DNA of 64,000 nt from Lama guanicoe (GCA_013239625.1 MU053645.1:922274-986273); one strand, 5' to 3'; counted from the first letter of the stretch, positions 40,586 through 54,085 are shown. Made by a program: numbers and translations. The notes: generated from the letters alone by a model not told the origin.

Positions 40586-41099
40586 CTGCAGAAGAATAAT
40601 GACAGTAAGTAACTGTCCGAATGTTTGGCACTTGAAAGAAATCAGGGCAGAATTAAAAGAGACTGACACTGTTTCTACACACCAAAAACTAGGCAATTTA
40701 ATCTAGTGCGAGAACAACAGATAAAGTCAAAACAACTTTTAAAAATGCCAGTCAAATGGTTGCTTTCCTGAGTTCAGTGGCAAGTCTATCCAAATGCCTC
40801 ATAGGCCGTGACTTTGTTCTTTAGGTTCTTTTTCTCAGCAATGATTTTTGTGGAAATTCATGTATAATGTACATTCTGATACCAAGACACCTAACAGCCT
40901 CCTCTCTCACTCAGATAATTCAGCTAAACTACTGGTAATGCAGAGAAAGCAACTACTTGATAGGATTTGAAATTTTTAACTAGTCGTTTTGCTTCTATAG
41001 ACACGGTCTGAGGCTCCTTCTAGCATACGAATGTGTATTTGTGTAGAATGCAGACTTGAAAGGAAGCTTAAGCAAGCTATCAACTATAAGCATGGAGAG

Positions 41100-41310
41100 C
41101 GCATAATCATAACAGCTATTGAGTATTGGATACTTATTATGGGCCAGACTCTGTGCTATCCAATTAGCATGGTTTATCTTATTTAATCCTCCAAATAAGG
41201 CTTTAGAAGGCTATATTATCACACTTGTACAGATAAACAGGTTTAGTGAAATTCCAAGTCCTGGAAGAGTCTTCACTATGGCAAAGAACATCAGAAAAAA
41301 AATCTAGAGA
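41100..41310 (-). mobile_element. MIR SINE
   Basis: 'tacttattatgggccagactctgtgcta...ttatcttatttaatcctcc'. Confidence 0.7.
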
Positions 41311-42387
41311 CCAATTCTGAGCCCTCAGTGCTTCAGAGATATTGAGCAAAGGGAAAGGAGACTATGGAGAGAAATAGTCAAGAAAAGCTTGGGATTTGAG
41401 CAGAACCCTGAAGGACAAAGAGCAAGAAGGGAAGAAAATATTGTGAGAAAAGATGCCAAAGATTAATGGGTGACATCGACTCATATAAAATTAGCAGATT
41501 GGTTTGAATATGTAAGACTGGCCTAGGGAGTCTGCTGCTATCTTTTCACTTCCTTTTGTATATCATAACTTTCGAAGGTAAAATGCCAACATTGAAATAC
41601 AGGTTCATACAAGGGGACAGTTTGTAAATGTGATGCAGCTGGATTTCTGGAAAAGATAAATATTTGATAGCTCCAAAGACATTTGTTAAATGCTTCATTT
41701 CTGCTGAGAAATGTTTTTCTAAGGGGAAAAAAATCATGTTATGTATTACCTGTCTTTCCATCACCAAGCCAAAAGCTCCTTCATTTTCTTGATCCTGACA
41801 CTCTTTGCTGAATTCTGGGAAATCCATGTGGGTAGGATAATTCTCGCAAGAGGTAGTAACTATAAGCTGACATCTGTGAGGACAGTTCCAGGTTACAATA
41901 AAACACCTACTCTTCCCAGCATGTATAGTCTGTCTGTTACCAGTCATTTCATCATCTCACTTAGCTGTGAGACGTCAATGGAGTTTTTTAGTGTTTATTT
42001 TTGTAATTAAAATATTTTGATATGGGACTCTGCTATTTGAGCACTATTATCTGAAAACACTCAAATCTTTTCTAGAAAAACGCAAGCACTGATGCTTAAA
42101 TAAATTTACAGATTTTTAAAGTGGAAAAAAACATTTAATTCAAACCTCTGTAAGCACAGAGAAGGAAAAACTAGGCAAATTTTATTTTTAATATGGTTTA
42201 TTATTTTTTTTTATTCCTTTTATTTGCAGTCAGTTTTAGTCATTTCTTCCTATTTGGTCCATAACCACAAGTTAAAAATAGTAATACATCACTTTCATAT
42301 ATTCATATATAGAGTCTAGTAAGCCATCCAGGAAGACTAGGAAATGGCAACACTCAGTACTGTCACACCTCCAACCAAGCCCAGATC

Positions 42388-42540
42388 TAACTTATGGTGA
42401 AAAAGAATATGAAAACGAATATATGTATGTTCCTATATGACTGAAGCATTGTGCTGCACACCAGAAATTGACACAACATTGTAAACCGATTATACGTCAA
42501 TAAATATATATATATAAATATAAAAGATAAAAATAAAAAT
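42388..42540 (+). mobile_element. Short LINE-1 3' tail, young camelid type
   Basis: 'taacttatggtgaaaaagaatatgaaaacgaatatatgtatg...caccagaaattgacacaacattgtaaacc' plus A-rich tail. Confidence 0.9.
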
Positions 42541-43244
42541 TCCACTTAAAAAAATAAAAAGTGTCTGGATAATGCATAATGATTCAAAAGACCAAGAACT
42601 TCAAATTCCATAACAAAATTCCTATCATAATTTGACCTTATCCTGGGATATATAAAAATGGATGTTGAAGCATTCCTCGAGAAATATCTTAATGAGTTTC
42701 TCTACTATATACCCTGTTGTTCCTAAGGAAATGGGAGGTGTGATGATGATGGACATGTTTCATCCTCATGAATATCTTGAAATGCCAATTTTCAGTAGAT
42801 CATACAACAGTCAAGACACACAGAGGCTAGAGACGATAAAAGAAGTGTCTCATTCGCTTCTAGAATTGTTCTGTCACTTGTAAAATAAGAACCAGCAGTA
42901 CTTTCCCTGGTGAGACACATGATAAATGACTGACACTTAAAGGAAACAATTACAATTTCAGTGGAACTGCTATAAGAATTGAAGTGATTTTATTAAAGAA
43001 AATAGACTATAAAAACATTACCTAGGTATATTATAATATATAGGGTTGGTTTCCGTTCAGGAAATAATACATACTCAACTGTTAAGCTTAAAAACTAAAC
43101 ACCACTAGAGTTTAGACTGCTAACAGAATGAAAAAACTTGCTTTTTTTTTTCATTTGCTTTTGGTTTTACGTTTACCTAGTTATAATCCTCTATATATTA
43201 TAAACTCTCATCCAATTCAACTCGATCTAACACAACTTTTTAAT

Positions 43245-43672
43245 TAATTTATTTTTTAATTGAAGTACAGTCAGTTTACAATGTTGTGTTAATTTCTTTT
43301 ATACAGCATAGTGATTCAGATATATATATATGTATATGTGTGTGTGTGTGTGTATATTATACGCTATTTTTTCATTATACGCTATTACAAGATATTGAAT
43401 AGTTCCCTGGGCTATACAGTAGGACCTTGTTTATTTTATATGTAGTAGTTAGTATATGCAAATCCCAAACTCCCTATTTATCCCTCCACCCCTCACCTTC
43501 CCCCCTGGTAACCATTTGTTTTCTATGTCCATGAGTCTGTTTTGTAAATAAATTCATTTGTGCCATTTTTTAAGATTCCACATATATGTGATTTTTCCTT
43601 CTATTTTTGGCTTACTTCACTTAGTATGACAATCTCCAGGTCCATCCATGTTGCTGCAGATGGCATTATTTT
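43245..43672 (-). mobile_element. LINE-1 3' end, camelid type, inserted into an L2 3' end (L2 resumes ~43675-43960)
   Basis: 'ttaattgaagtacagtcagtttacaatgttgtg...tccatccatgttgctgcagatggcattatt', followed by the L2 motif 'tatgtcttaggcactctg'. Confidence 0.9.
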
Positions 43673-44204
43673 AACAACTATTTTTTGACCAATGATTATG
43701 TCTTAGGCACTCTGTTGCACATTGTGAATGGTTCAAAGATGAATATCATATGGTTTAGCCCTTGAAAAGTTCACAATCTAATGTGTGTGCTTGGGGTAGA
43801 GGCAAAAAGAAAAACAGAAAATGTCATAAATAATTACAACACAGAATATGAGTGCCTTAAAAATATATACAAAGTGTTATATATGTAAATGAAAGGGGGA
43901 TCCCATGTAACCAAGGAGACTAGCAAAGACTGGGTTTAGAAAGTGAGATTTTAAAATTAAAAAGAAAAAGTGGGGGGTAAAATTGGGATAAAGACTTCAT
44001 AGGCAAAAGGCACAGATCAAAAACAATCTAATAACTAACTCCATCTTCCAAGGAGAATTGTTTCTGTTTAGGGTGGAAATGGGAGAGGCCGCTTGTGGAG
44101 GAAAGATGGAGTAATATCAGTCTGGGTTTCTTCAAAAAACATGAAAAAAAAAAAAAAAAGGCCCACTTTCATAAAATGTCAAAGGGAACAAAAGAGAACA
44201 CAAT

Positions 44205-46110
44205 AAAAGGTGAGTCTCTCACCCTACACCCATTAACCAAGAGTGACCATTTTCAATAATTTCTTGTGCATCCTTGGTGATTTTCACATATATATATATG
44301 TGCATACACACACATATATATTTCTGTTTCACAAATAGGGACATATATTGTCTACCTGCTCTGTATCCTGATTTTTCTTCACTTAGCTTATCTTGTAAAT
44401 ATTTCCCTAACAGCATATACCTACCTTTTTATTTTTATAGACTATGTAATAGCACTCTCTGGATATGTCATATTTTATGTGATCAGACTTCTATTTGTGG
44501 ACATTTAGGTTGCTTCCAGTCTTTTGTTTATACAAATGATGCTGCAAAGAGCATCTGAACGTACATCTGTGCACGCATGTATATCTATAGCAGGATTTCT
44601 CAATCTCAGAACAATTGACACTTTTGGCCAGATAATTATTTGTTGTAGGGTATTGTTTAATACGTTATAGAAGGTTTACAAATATTCTTGGTTTCTACCC
44701 ACTGGATTCCAGTAGCACCGCCACCCTTGTTGAGACAATCAAAAAGGTCTCCAGACATCGCCAAATGTTCCCTTGGGGACAAATCACCATGAATCAATAG
44801 GACAAATTTCTAGGAAAGGATTTGCTTCTAACTATGTTACCTGTTCACTTGCCAACACTGCATATTATCAAAAATTAACATTTACCACTCACTTTAATCT
44901 GCATTTACTCATGACCAAAACTTAAGATTGTTTCCTATGTTTATAAGCCCTTTTTATTCTCACTAATTGAATTGCTTGTTATCTCCCTTCCCTTGTATTA
45001 AATAGTGATCCTGCACTGATTCATAAGAATGCAAATTATTAGGCTTTTATCTACTATACATGTTGCAAGATATTTTCCAGCTTTCCCCTTAGCAGTCATT
45101 ATATCTTCTTCTGTAAAGAATTTAAAAATTTATAGTGACATTTATTAATACTTTCCACTAAGGTTTCCGTATTTGCCTTAGGCCTTTTATATATTTCATG
45201 ACCCTTACCCACCTCCATGGCCAGTGTTTTTAACTCTAATACTTTAAAAATTTATTTTATTTTCAAATCTATGATCTCCTTGGAATTAATTTCGGTATAG
45301 AGAATGAGATAGGGAATCATCAGTTTCAACATAATCTTCTATTTTAATATGGCTAATTATATGTTAGTGTTGGGTCTATTTCTGGGATAAAACATCTATT
45401 TATTTGACATGTCTTCCTATTTCTGTACCTTAATTACTGTAGTTTAAAATATATATTATAAAGTTAATCCTTACTCATTATTCCTACTTTTCATAATTTT
45501 CCTAGCTATCTTCACATGTTTACTTTCCTATTTTGTATGTATTTTGTAATCATTCTGCCTAGACCAAAGTTCCCTGAGTATTTTAGTTGGAATCACATTA
45601 AATTTTAATATCTTTTAGTATTATCTTCCCATCCAAGAACAAGGTATCTGTCTTTCTATATATTCACATCCCTCAATAGACATTTAAAATTTTTCTTTAT
45701 ATTGGTTCTCTACATTTCTTAATAAGATCTTAATTCTAGGTTTTAACTGCTTTTATCAAGGGAATCCACTATATATATTCTATATTTCTGTAGATGTATA
45801 TTTATATAATTCTAATAATTTCCAGTTAGTACTCTTAGATTTTCCAGGTATAGCAATCGTATTTGTAAATGATTATCATTTTGTTTCCTTTTTTCAAGTT
45901 TTAAATATTTTACATCTGTCTTTCATCTAATTGTTTTAGCTGATACATTCAGAATTGAGTCAAACAATAGTGGTGATATTGCCTTATTCCTAGCTCCGAT
46001 GAAAATACTCTTAGTTTCATAGTTAACTATGATGCTGGTTTTTGTATCGGTATTTATCAATACATTTTATCATATAAGGAATTATTCTTCTCTTCCACTA
46101 ACTTTAACTT
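44205..46110 (-). mobile_element. Highly diverged old LINE-1 (L1MC/L1ME-like)
   Basis: 'ggacatttaggttgcttccagtc', 'tgggtctatttctgg', 'tcttcccatccaagaacaaggtat', 'tcttagattttccaggtata'. Confidence 0.75.
44588..44795. mobile_element. MER20 hAT-Charlie MITE nested in the old L1
   Basis: 'tttctcaatctcagaacaattgacacttttggccagataatt...tctccagacatcgccaaatgttcccttggggacaaatcacc'. Confidence 0.85.
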
Positions 46111-46187
46111 GAGGTCTATAAATGATCCAGAGTAGACTAAATCATGAATCACTGTAGAAAATATATTACAGCTAAAAGGGTCTAGAT

Positions 46188-46372
46188 CAGTGTTTTTCAA
46201 AGTATGGTTTCAAGAGCAGCAGCATCAGCATCACCCAGAAACTCATTAGAAGCACATATTCTCACTCCCCTCCTGCGTCTCCTGAATCAGAAACTCTGGG
46301 GGAGGAGCTCATCAATCTGTACTTTAACAAGCCCTCCAGATGATCTGATGCACACTAAAACTGGAGAACCAC
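46188..46372. mobile_element. MER5A MITE
   Basis: 'cagtgtttttcaaagtatgg...cagcagcatcagcatcacc...ctgaatcagaaactctggg...ttaacaagccctccagatgatctgatgcacactaaaactggagaaccact'. Confidence 0.9.
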
Positions 46373-46382
46373 TCATTCAGTG

Positions 46383-46606
46383 CAGGGGTCAGAAATTATA
46401 GCCCTCAGGCCAAATCTGGTTCTGCTTCCTGTATTTGTAAGTAAAATTTTATTCAAGTATAGCCACACTCATTCACTTATGTATTGTCTAAGGTTGCTTT
46501 CAAGCTACAGTGGAAAAGTTGAGTAGTTGCAACACACATTTTCTGGCCTGCAAAACCTAAAATATTTACTATATGGCCCTTTACAGAAAATGTTCACCAA
46601 CCCTGA
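46383..46606. mobile_element. MER58A MITE
   Basis: 'caggggtcagaaattatagccctcaggccaaatctgg...aaaatatttactatatggccctttacagaaaatgttcaccaaccctg'. Confidence 0.9.
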
Positions 46607-46613
46607 CCTAGAT

Positions 46614-46770
46614 CAGTGATTCCCTGCCTTGGCTGAACATTAGAATCATGGGGGACACTTTGAAAAATACTCATGTCAGAGTCCCATAACCTACCATTTA
46701 AATAGAATCTCTAGGATGGGATCCATGCATGAGGGTTTTTCTTTAAAGCACCCCACTTGATTCCGGTCTG
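46614..46770. mobile_element. MER5B-like MITE fragment
   Basis: 'cagtgattccctgccttggctgaacattagaatcatggggg...agaatctctaggatggg'. Confidence 0.75.
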
Positions 46771-49194
46771 CCATATTATCCAAACCAACTAATATTCATG
46801 AATCATATCTGCATGTCTTTGATGTTCACTGAGGTAGAGCCTTGGATAGAGAGTTATTTCTTCTTTTTCATGGATACACAAGAAATTAATCCCTGGCACA
46901 GTGCAATACCATGATAAAGTCAGGTAATACAATATAAAATGACAAGTCAACCATTATGCATACTTCTCAGACAGAACCAAAGGAGCTTTTATTTTTCCCT
47001 GAAGGTTTTATTTAGGAATTGGTTGAAATGAATGAATATAAATTATACTAGATCTATAAAGTAGTTATTGGGCATTTTCAAACCCAAACTGTATTAATCA
47101 GTGAATGTTGAGTAATGTGCACTCACCATCTAATTTCACAGATCATCGAAAATACCAGTGAACCTATCATAGATCCATAAAGAGTATGTGATTGCAGAAT
47201 GTTATACACACACACACACATACACACAAGCCCATGCACACATACATCCTATCACTGTTATGGAGTATGTGGAAAATGAATCCTATATACTTGAAAGATA
47301 CTTATCTTTTTGTCTTGTCATTTGCAAAGATATCCTGTTTATTTTTTTATCTTACAGAACCTCTTAGAATAGGATTGAGAGAAACTTGGTGTCAAAAATA
47401 TTAGAATAGAAGCGGAGGAAGCACAGACAAGTCAAAAAGAAGGCATTTTGTTTCGCTTCTGACCCAATTTAAACTCCAAAGTTAAAAATCGTCATCTATT
47501 TCAGGACTTACAAAGGTGGCCCAAGGAAGGTATACAACACTGCTGATATGTTATTTGAGTCCAGGGGCATAGAATCTATTTACTAGCCCTAAGGGCACTA
47601 CAAGATTCAGGGGTGATTTCTTATTTGGAATGGCAGCTGGGGGCATTGACTCCATTAATGTCCATGAGAAACACGTACACTCAGAATGTTTTCCGTAAAG
47701 CCAAACTGGTATGCGTAGGATATGCTCAGTATTCCTGAGGGAAATGATTTCGTGTTATGCAAATAGTATTACTGTGTGAGATAACATATGAATAATTAGA
47801 TTTAGAGTGAAATCTCCTGGTTGGAAGAGCAAATCTAAGTGTTAACTATTGCCTTAAGACTATTCAAAAATTTTTCTTAATATCGTGTGAAGACAATACC
47901 TTTTTGTAATTTTAAAAAACAAAGCCCAACCTACAGATACTAAAATCTGGAAAACTCGATCATAGCTCAGTTAAATCCGGATCTTGTTTCTGCAAACCCA
48001 TGGTTACCACTCACAAAATGCTGTATCAGATTCAGCAAACTATTCAATATCAGATCGTTGAGACCCCAAGGACAATGGATGCTTTGATCCTGGTAAGCAG
48101 CCACATGGGATGAGAAGAAATGGTTACTATTAGCACCTTTCCAGGATAAAGAAACCCAAGTAAGCAATAATGACCATTAACAATGACAAAATAGCACCAT
48201 ATTTATATGAACTTTCTACCAGTAGAGAAAATAAGATAACAGTCATTTACCACTCCAATTTGCTGGCTAGAGCTTGCAGCATCAGCTCCATTGTCCAAAT
48301 AGGGGATGCAGAGTCCCAGAGAAGGTGAGTCAATAATAAAACCGAGAAACAGAGATTGTAGGGTTGTCCCAGGGTTGTAAGAGAAGCAATTAAAAAAGAA
48401 CAATTAAGGTCTTTAAAACAGCACCTTCTAATATCCCTAAACTAGGACATGGATGTCTTATCCCAGTAAAAGAAAAGGCCTAATAACATACAGCAAAAAT
48501 GAAGTTCTCAGCTTCAGCCCTAAAGTGTCCTTCTCTTCCTTAGCCTAAGATATGCACCAAATGGCCTTGGATGTGGTTGTCACTAGCAGTGGCTGCTGAT
48601 TTAAGAGTTTCCTTCCCTTTGCACTTGGGGCAAGTAATTTTTCTTTTTGTTAGTGCTTCCTCTTAAGATTTAACATCTTTTTCTTATAGAAGTCAATAAG
48701 CCTAAAGAAAATTAATAAATTACCTAAGTCATTACAAAGAGGTCAACTTAGCCTTTCGTGTATTTTACCTTTAGGTGCACGTGACAAAAATCTTGGTGAG
48801 ACATCAGTTCCCAAGTGTATTTATTTACCTTAAATCAGTTGGGGAGTGTGATAGGAGACAGACTTAACCATGTCAACATTTTAGAACTCAATGGTCTAAG
48901 AGTGAATTAGGAGGAAGCAAGGTGGCTGGAAAAATTCCTGAAGCAAGTCAAACCAAACCCTGCAACTCTAAAGAGTGGCTTGGAAACAGCCTGGTCCATG
49001 ACACCTGAAACAGTCAAGAATGGCTGCTTCTGTGAAAGCCACAGGGAAAGGAAACAAGAAACACAACACACATCAACCTTTTGAAGTTTGGCATTTCTGT
49101 TGGTAAACTCTCCAGGAGGCCAGTAGTGTCTATTCTCCAAAATAGGTAATCAGGTGTTACGTATATAACAGGTGTTTAATAACTACCTGCCAAA

Positions 49195-49545
49195 TTCATT
49201 CATTCGTCCACCTACTCACCCACCCATCCAATATTTATCCGAGCACCTACTTTGGGCCAGATACTATGCTGGGAGCCTGAGAAAAAGTGCTGAATATAAG
49301 GCAGACAGGGCCTCTGCTCTTAAGTACCTCACATTTCCGGGGGACAGGGGGAAGCAGACAATAAATGAACCAATGCATCAGGTAATCTGAATTAATAATA
49401 TGTCCTATGGAAAAATAAAACAAAATAGTGGGGTTGGGAGTTCTTGAAGGCATGGGGTAGGGGGAACTATTTTATATAAGCTGATCAGGGAAGAATTCTT
49501 AGATGAGGTGACAACTGAGCTGACACTGGAAGGAGACCTGGAGCA
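49195..49545 (-). mobile_element. LINE-2 3' fragment
   Basis: 'tcattcattc...aatatttatccgagcacctactttgggccagatactatgctggg'. Confidence 0.85.
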
Positions 49546-49879
49546 ATATTATCCATGGTAAGGGGAGCCAAGCCATGATAATGGGAGCACCCTCTAGCAT
49601 CAGCATATGGCTGGCATCAAACAGGCGTCACTTTCACAGGGTGGATGGGGACAGGAGATCCAGCAACTCAAGCCAAGGTGAAAGGAAATGCAGATCTTTG
49701 ATCCAACAAAACAATAAAAATCAGGCAAGTGCTCTGGATCCAGGTCAGTTCAAATCTCCAAATGTGATCTGACTCCAAGACAGCAGCATATGACCTCTGA
49801 CTGCTCTGCTTCCCTTCCCTTTCCTTTCCCTTGTCCTTTTCTTTTTTCTTTTTCCTTCCCTTCTTTTTCCTTTTTACTA

Positions 49880-50105
49880 GCAACCGCCATTTACTAAGAA
49901 CTTACTGTGTGCCAGAAATTGTGCTAAATCATTGTATATTATCTCATTTAATCCTCAAAACAATCTGATGACATAAGTACTCTTATTATTCCCATTGTGC
50001 AGAGGTGGAAACTGGGATCCAAGGTTACATAGGTAGAAGGTGGTGACATTGAGATGTGAACAAAGGCAGTCTGAGTCTAGAGCCCAATCTCTTAACCTCT
50101 TTATA
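49880..50105 (-). mobile_element. MIR SINE
   Basis: 'catttactaagaacttactgtgtgccag...atctcatttaatcctca...cccattgtgcagaggtggaaactggg'. Confidence 0.88.
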
Positions 50106-51725
50106 TTTCTATCCCAAATACTATTACTTAGAGAAGTAAACCAATACACAGGAATCTGGGTCCAGGACTTTGATATTAGCTCTGTATCAGCCATTACAGT
50201 CTGGGCACCTTGTTTAATTTCTTCCTGTCCCACTTTCAACGGTTCTGAATTGCCTTTAGGATAAAATCAAAGTTCCTTAGTCTGGCATCCAATGACCCTA
50301 TTTAATTCTGGTTTTTTCACTGTTTGGGGTTTGCTTTTTGTGTTTTTGTTTTTGTTTTTATTTTGGTCTACTCAGGCAGCTTCCTTTGATTTGAAACACT
50401 TAATTTTTTTTTTTTCCTTCTGAGCACAGGTGACACTGAGACTACAGGTAGGCACGTGGAGGGCCACTGTAGATAGAAGGATGTGCTAGAGGCTCCCAGA
50501 TTACTCTGATCATTACTAGAGTAGGTCAGAGAAACTAGGTCTCAGGATGCCTTCTCCTGTCTCTTATACAAAACCCATGGTTTTTGGTTACAGTAGAACA
50601 CCCTAATGAGAATTTTTCAAATGCAAAGCAATCAAAATATGAAGTGATATCATTCTAATTTGTGTCTCCTTTCCAAAAACAAAGTAAAAAAAAAAAAAAC
50701 AGGCAACTTGTGGAGGAAGAGCAAGGTCATAAATGCACAAGATCCAGGAGCTGCACTGCTGAGCTTTCAGTTTTTTCCTTCAATTCTACTATTTGGTGTT
50801 GCTATGGGAATGCAGTGCAAAGTGGACTCAAAGCCTGATTCAGTAAAATTGATGAAAATTCCAGGTGTGAATATAGCAGTATGTAGCCTATAATTTTTCT
50901 TGCAAAACTGTAATGAGATGCTTGAGGGGAGGAGGCAAGGGAGAGAGGGAGGTGGAAAGTGAAACGGAGTGCAATGGGGGAGAGGAGGAGTTGTTAGAAG
51001 AATGAGGGGGAAGACGAAGAGAGATTAACATGTCACTTTTAATTCACATATTGCAATTAGCCTGCACTCAACTCTAAGAAGTGAGTAGAGAGCTATTCTT
51101 TTTTATTCCCCACTCCCCTTCCCTACATACACTTTCCTGAGGATTGTGTTTTTAAAAAGACACAGAAAAAGTAAAGGACCCTCACTGACCCAAGGTTGCC
51201 AGGATATCATACGAGATATGCAGTCCTGGGCAAGTCAGGTAACCTCTCTATGTCTCAGTTTCCTCGTCGTCAAATAGGGGTGACCCTTTTCTGTTTTCAC
51301 CTGTGGCAGCCTTCCTTTTCTTTTTGTCTCCAATAGATTACCCCAGCTTTGTGTCCTAGATTAACCTAACAAGCTGCTTTACATCGAATAAATGGCTGCC
51401 CTTTTCAGAAAATATTTACATTCTTAAAGAAGCTATCAAGGATTTAACCCTTCCACTGACTTAGTAATCAATCATGTATTAAGTGGTACAGATACTCTGC
51501 ACAATATTTTAAAAAACAAACAACAAAAAAGTATGTACATTATAGTTACTATATGGCTAAAGAGAGCTAAACCGATAATAATAAGAGGAAACTTAAGGTA
51601 AGGATAGCTAAGTGTAAAACATTATGGTACATAGCTTATGTACATCTGAATTCCAAGGATAAGAAGTTTGGTTTGAGGTGAAGTACTTAGAAAAGGCTTC
51701 ATGGAGATGAGACCAAGCAGGACCC

Positions 51726-52540
51726 TGCAGGGAACCCCTCAACCCCTGCCTCTTGTATAGAAAAGCTGAAGTCTCACAGGCCTCCCTGAGTCATAAAAGA
51801 GCAGGCTCCAGCAGTTGATGATTGGGAGAACAGAGTCACAGACTCACTGTCTGATGCACAGTTGTTTGACAGATACTGTAACTGCTGCCGGAGGGAAAAA
51901 GCTACACTGTATGATGACTAGATTTCTTCCCGAGCCTCCCCTTTAGTAATCTCTCAAAATGTTACTGAGCCTGTTGCTCTCAGGATCACACCGCTGCCTC
52001 TCCCTCTGACAGAAACCAATCACTCCTAAGTCTCAGGATGAAGCTGCAAATTAAAAGAAAAAAACAAAAAAACAAAACAAAACAAAAAAGAATTAGTTAG
52101 AACCAACGAGACCCAAGATGATGGAGGATTTGACTTTCAGTGGACCTTCAGCCTCATTAGATGCTCACTGTAATGTATTAGCATGCTAAATGACACCCAC
52201 CAACATCAAGACAGTTGACGATTGCCATTACAACCACCAGAAAAGCCCATACAAGGACTGAGAAGCCTGTACAGGACTGATTGGCTCTATCACAACTGTA
52301 AGGAGGACAGGATGCAGAAGCATCCAGTAAAAGCCCACGTGGCCCGACCAGGACTGGAGCTGAAGCTGTGTCTTGGCTGATGGCTCCCTTCTCAAGCACT
52401 TTCTTTCCTCCTCTTCTTCTGAGCAATAAAGCAGTCTGCCTTTCACTTTTCCCTCTGCCTCTGCTGAAACTTCTTTCTCAATGGATGGACAAGGACCCAC
52501 ATCTTTGGTGGGCTTCCCAATTCGGGGATCTCTGTAACCA
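51726..52540 (+). mobile_element. Endogenous retrovirus solo LTR (probably ERV1 class), inserted in an L2 remnant
   Basis: TG...CA ends; 'gagacccaagatg...tttgactttcagtggacc' U3-like block; AATAAA at 52425 followed by U5-like 'aaacttctttctc...gacaaggaccc'; L2-like sequence on both sides. Confidence 0.75.
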
Positions 52541-53938
52541 TTCACAGAGATGGTGGTACAGAAGGGAGTTATGAAGGATGGGTTTGGGCACAGAGAGAGA
52601 ACAAAGGAAGGCATTCTGGTCGGTGGAGGAGGACAACAGAAGCACAGCGAAAGCATAATATGAGCTTTCCTAACATTCTAGCAGGCCAGCGTGAATAAAA
52701 TCTTAAGGCAGAGGAGTGGGGCCCATATGATGTGGAGGGTTACTGGCTATACCCACCCACACAGGTAGCCAGCGTTGCTCGTGGGGCATAAGCCCCAGTT
52801 GATACCTTCAAATGCCAGGGAAAACCTCAGGAATGAGGCACGAAGTCAAACAAGCCTACATCGTGGCAGCCCTTAAAAAGAGAGTCTAGGCTGCCACTAA
52901 CAAAGCCTAATTCAAATAAGCTTCACAAGTCTGATATACTCTTCTTAAAGCGCCTTCCCTAGCATGAGAAAACACAGGGTATAACATGCTTGCTTTGGGA
53001 CTTTTTTAATACACCAAGAAAAGAGACATGATTCTTCACCCAGTCAGTAGAGGCACCAGCAGAGCCCTGGTTACTGACTGGCAAATTAGTCTTAAAACTT
53101 CCTACACCCACAGTCTGTCCATATATCTATCCCCACATCCAGCATGTATCTGTTGCTAATTTCAAGGACATCCTGTGATAAGCAGCGAGACCCAGTGTTT
53201 CCCACGGAGAACCCCTCAGAGTATGTATCCTAGTGCTAGTGGGTCAGTAACTAACAACTCTATTGGTGCCATGACATCCACTGAAACAGGCTCTTAATCA
53301 GTCATGCTTGGAGCTTACCTCCAGGTTGCGAAGCCTGGGGTATATTTCTTCTCATACCTACAGCTCTACAGTGTTAACCATCATATTAGGCCTCATCCCG
53401 TGGGCTTCATGAAAATGCCATAAACAACAACAATAAATAATTTCAATGATGCCTTAACACCTCTCTTAAGGGGGAGCCCAAGGCATGTGCCAGCATTCAC
53501 TTACTAATCTGTACTGTATATAGCATTCCAGAGTGGTAGGAAGCTGTTAGCAGGGTCCTCTTTTCTATCTGATGGCAGCAATAAATCCTCCTAACCTAGC
53601 ACTCTCTCTGCCCTACCTCTGTAGCCAAGTTTACAAGAGAGCCTATAACAGGCACCTTTAAAAATAATTCACATGTGACAGACATGAATTACCTAAGCAG
53701 CAAAGCAGAGATGACTATACCTAGGCCTCAGGGAACTTCACAACTCACCTCACAATCTCAAGAACCAGGGCCACTTCAGTTCCCAGCCAGTTCAACCTGG
53801 TGGTCAGGTTTGATAAACTTTAGATGTCTGGGGCCTAAAACAAATCACATTACTTCCTTTCTGTCCACTTTCCTCCCTACCACCACCACCCATGGAGCAT
53901 ACAATCTACTGAAATTAGGATAAAATAGATACCAAGGA

Positions 53939-54085
53939 CCAGGACTGGTTACATAATCTGTGGAACCTGGTACAATATGAAAATGCAGGATCCCTTGTTC
54001 AAAAGTCATTAAGAATTTCAAGAAAGCAGTAGCAGAGCAGTAAACAAAGCAACTGCACGGGTCACACCTCCATGACGCCAGCCGT
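53939..54085 (+). mobile_element. MER91A-like hAT-Tip100 MITE
   Basis: 'tacataatctgtgg...aaaatgcaggatcccttgttcaaaagtcattaagaatttcaaga...actgcacgggtcacacctccatga'. Confidence 0.82.
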
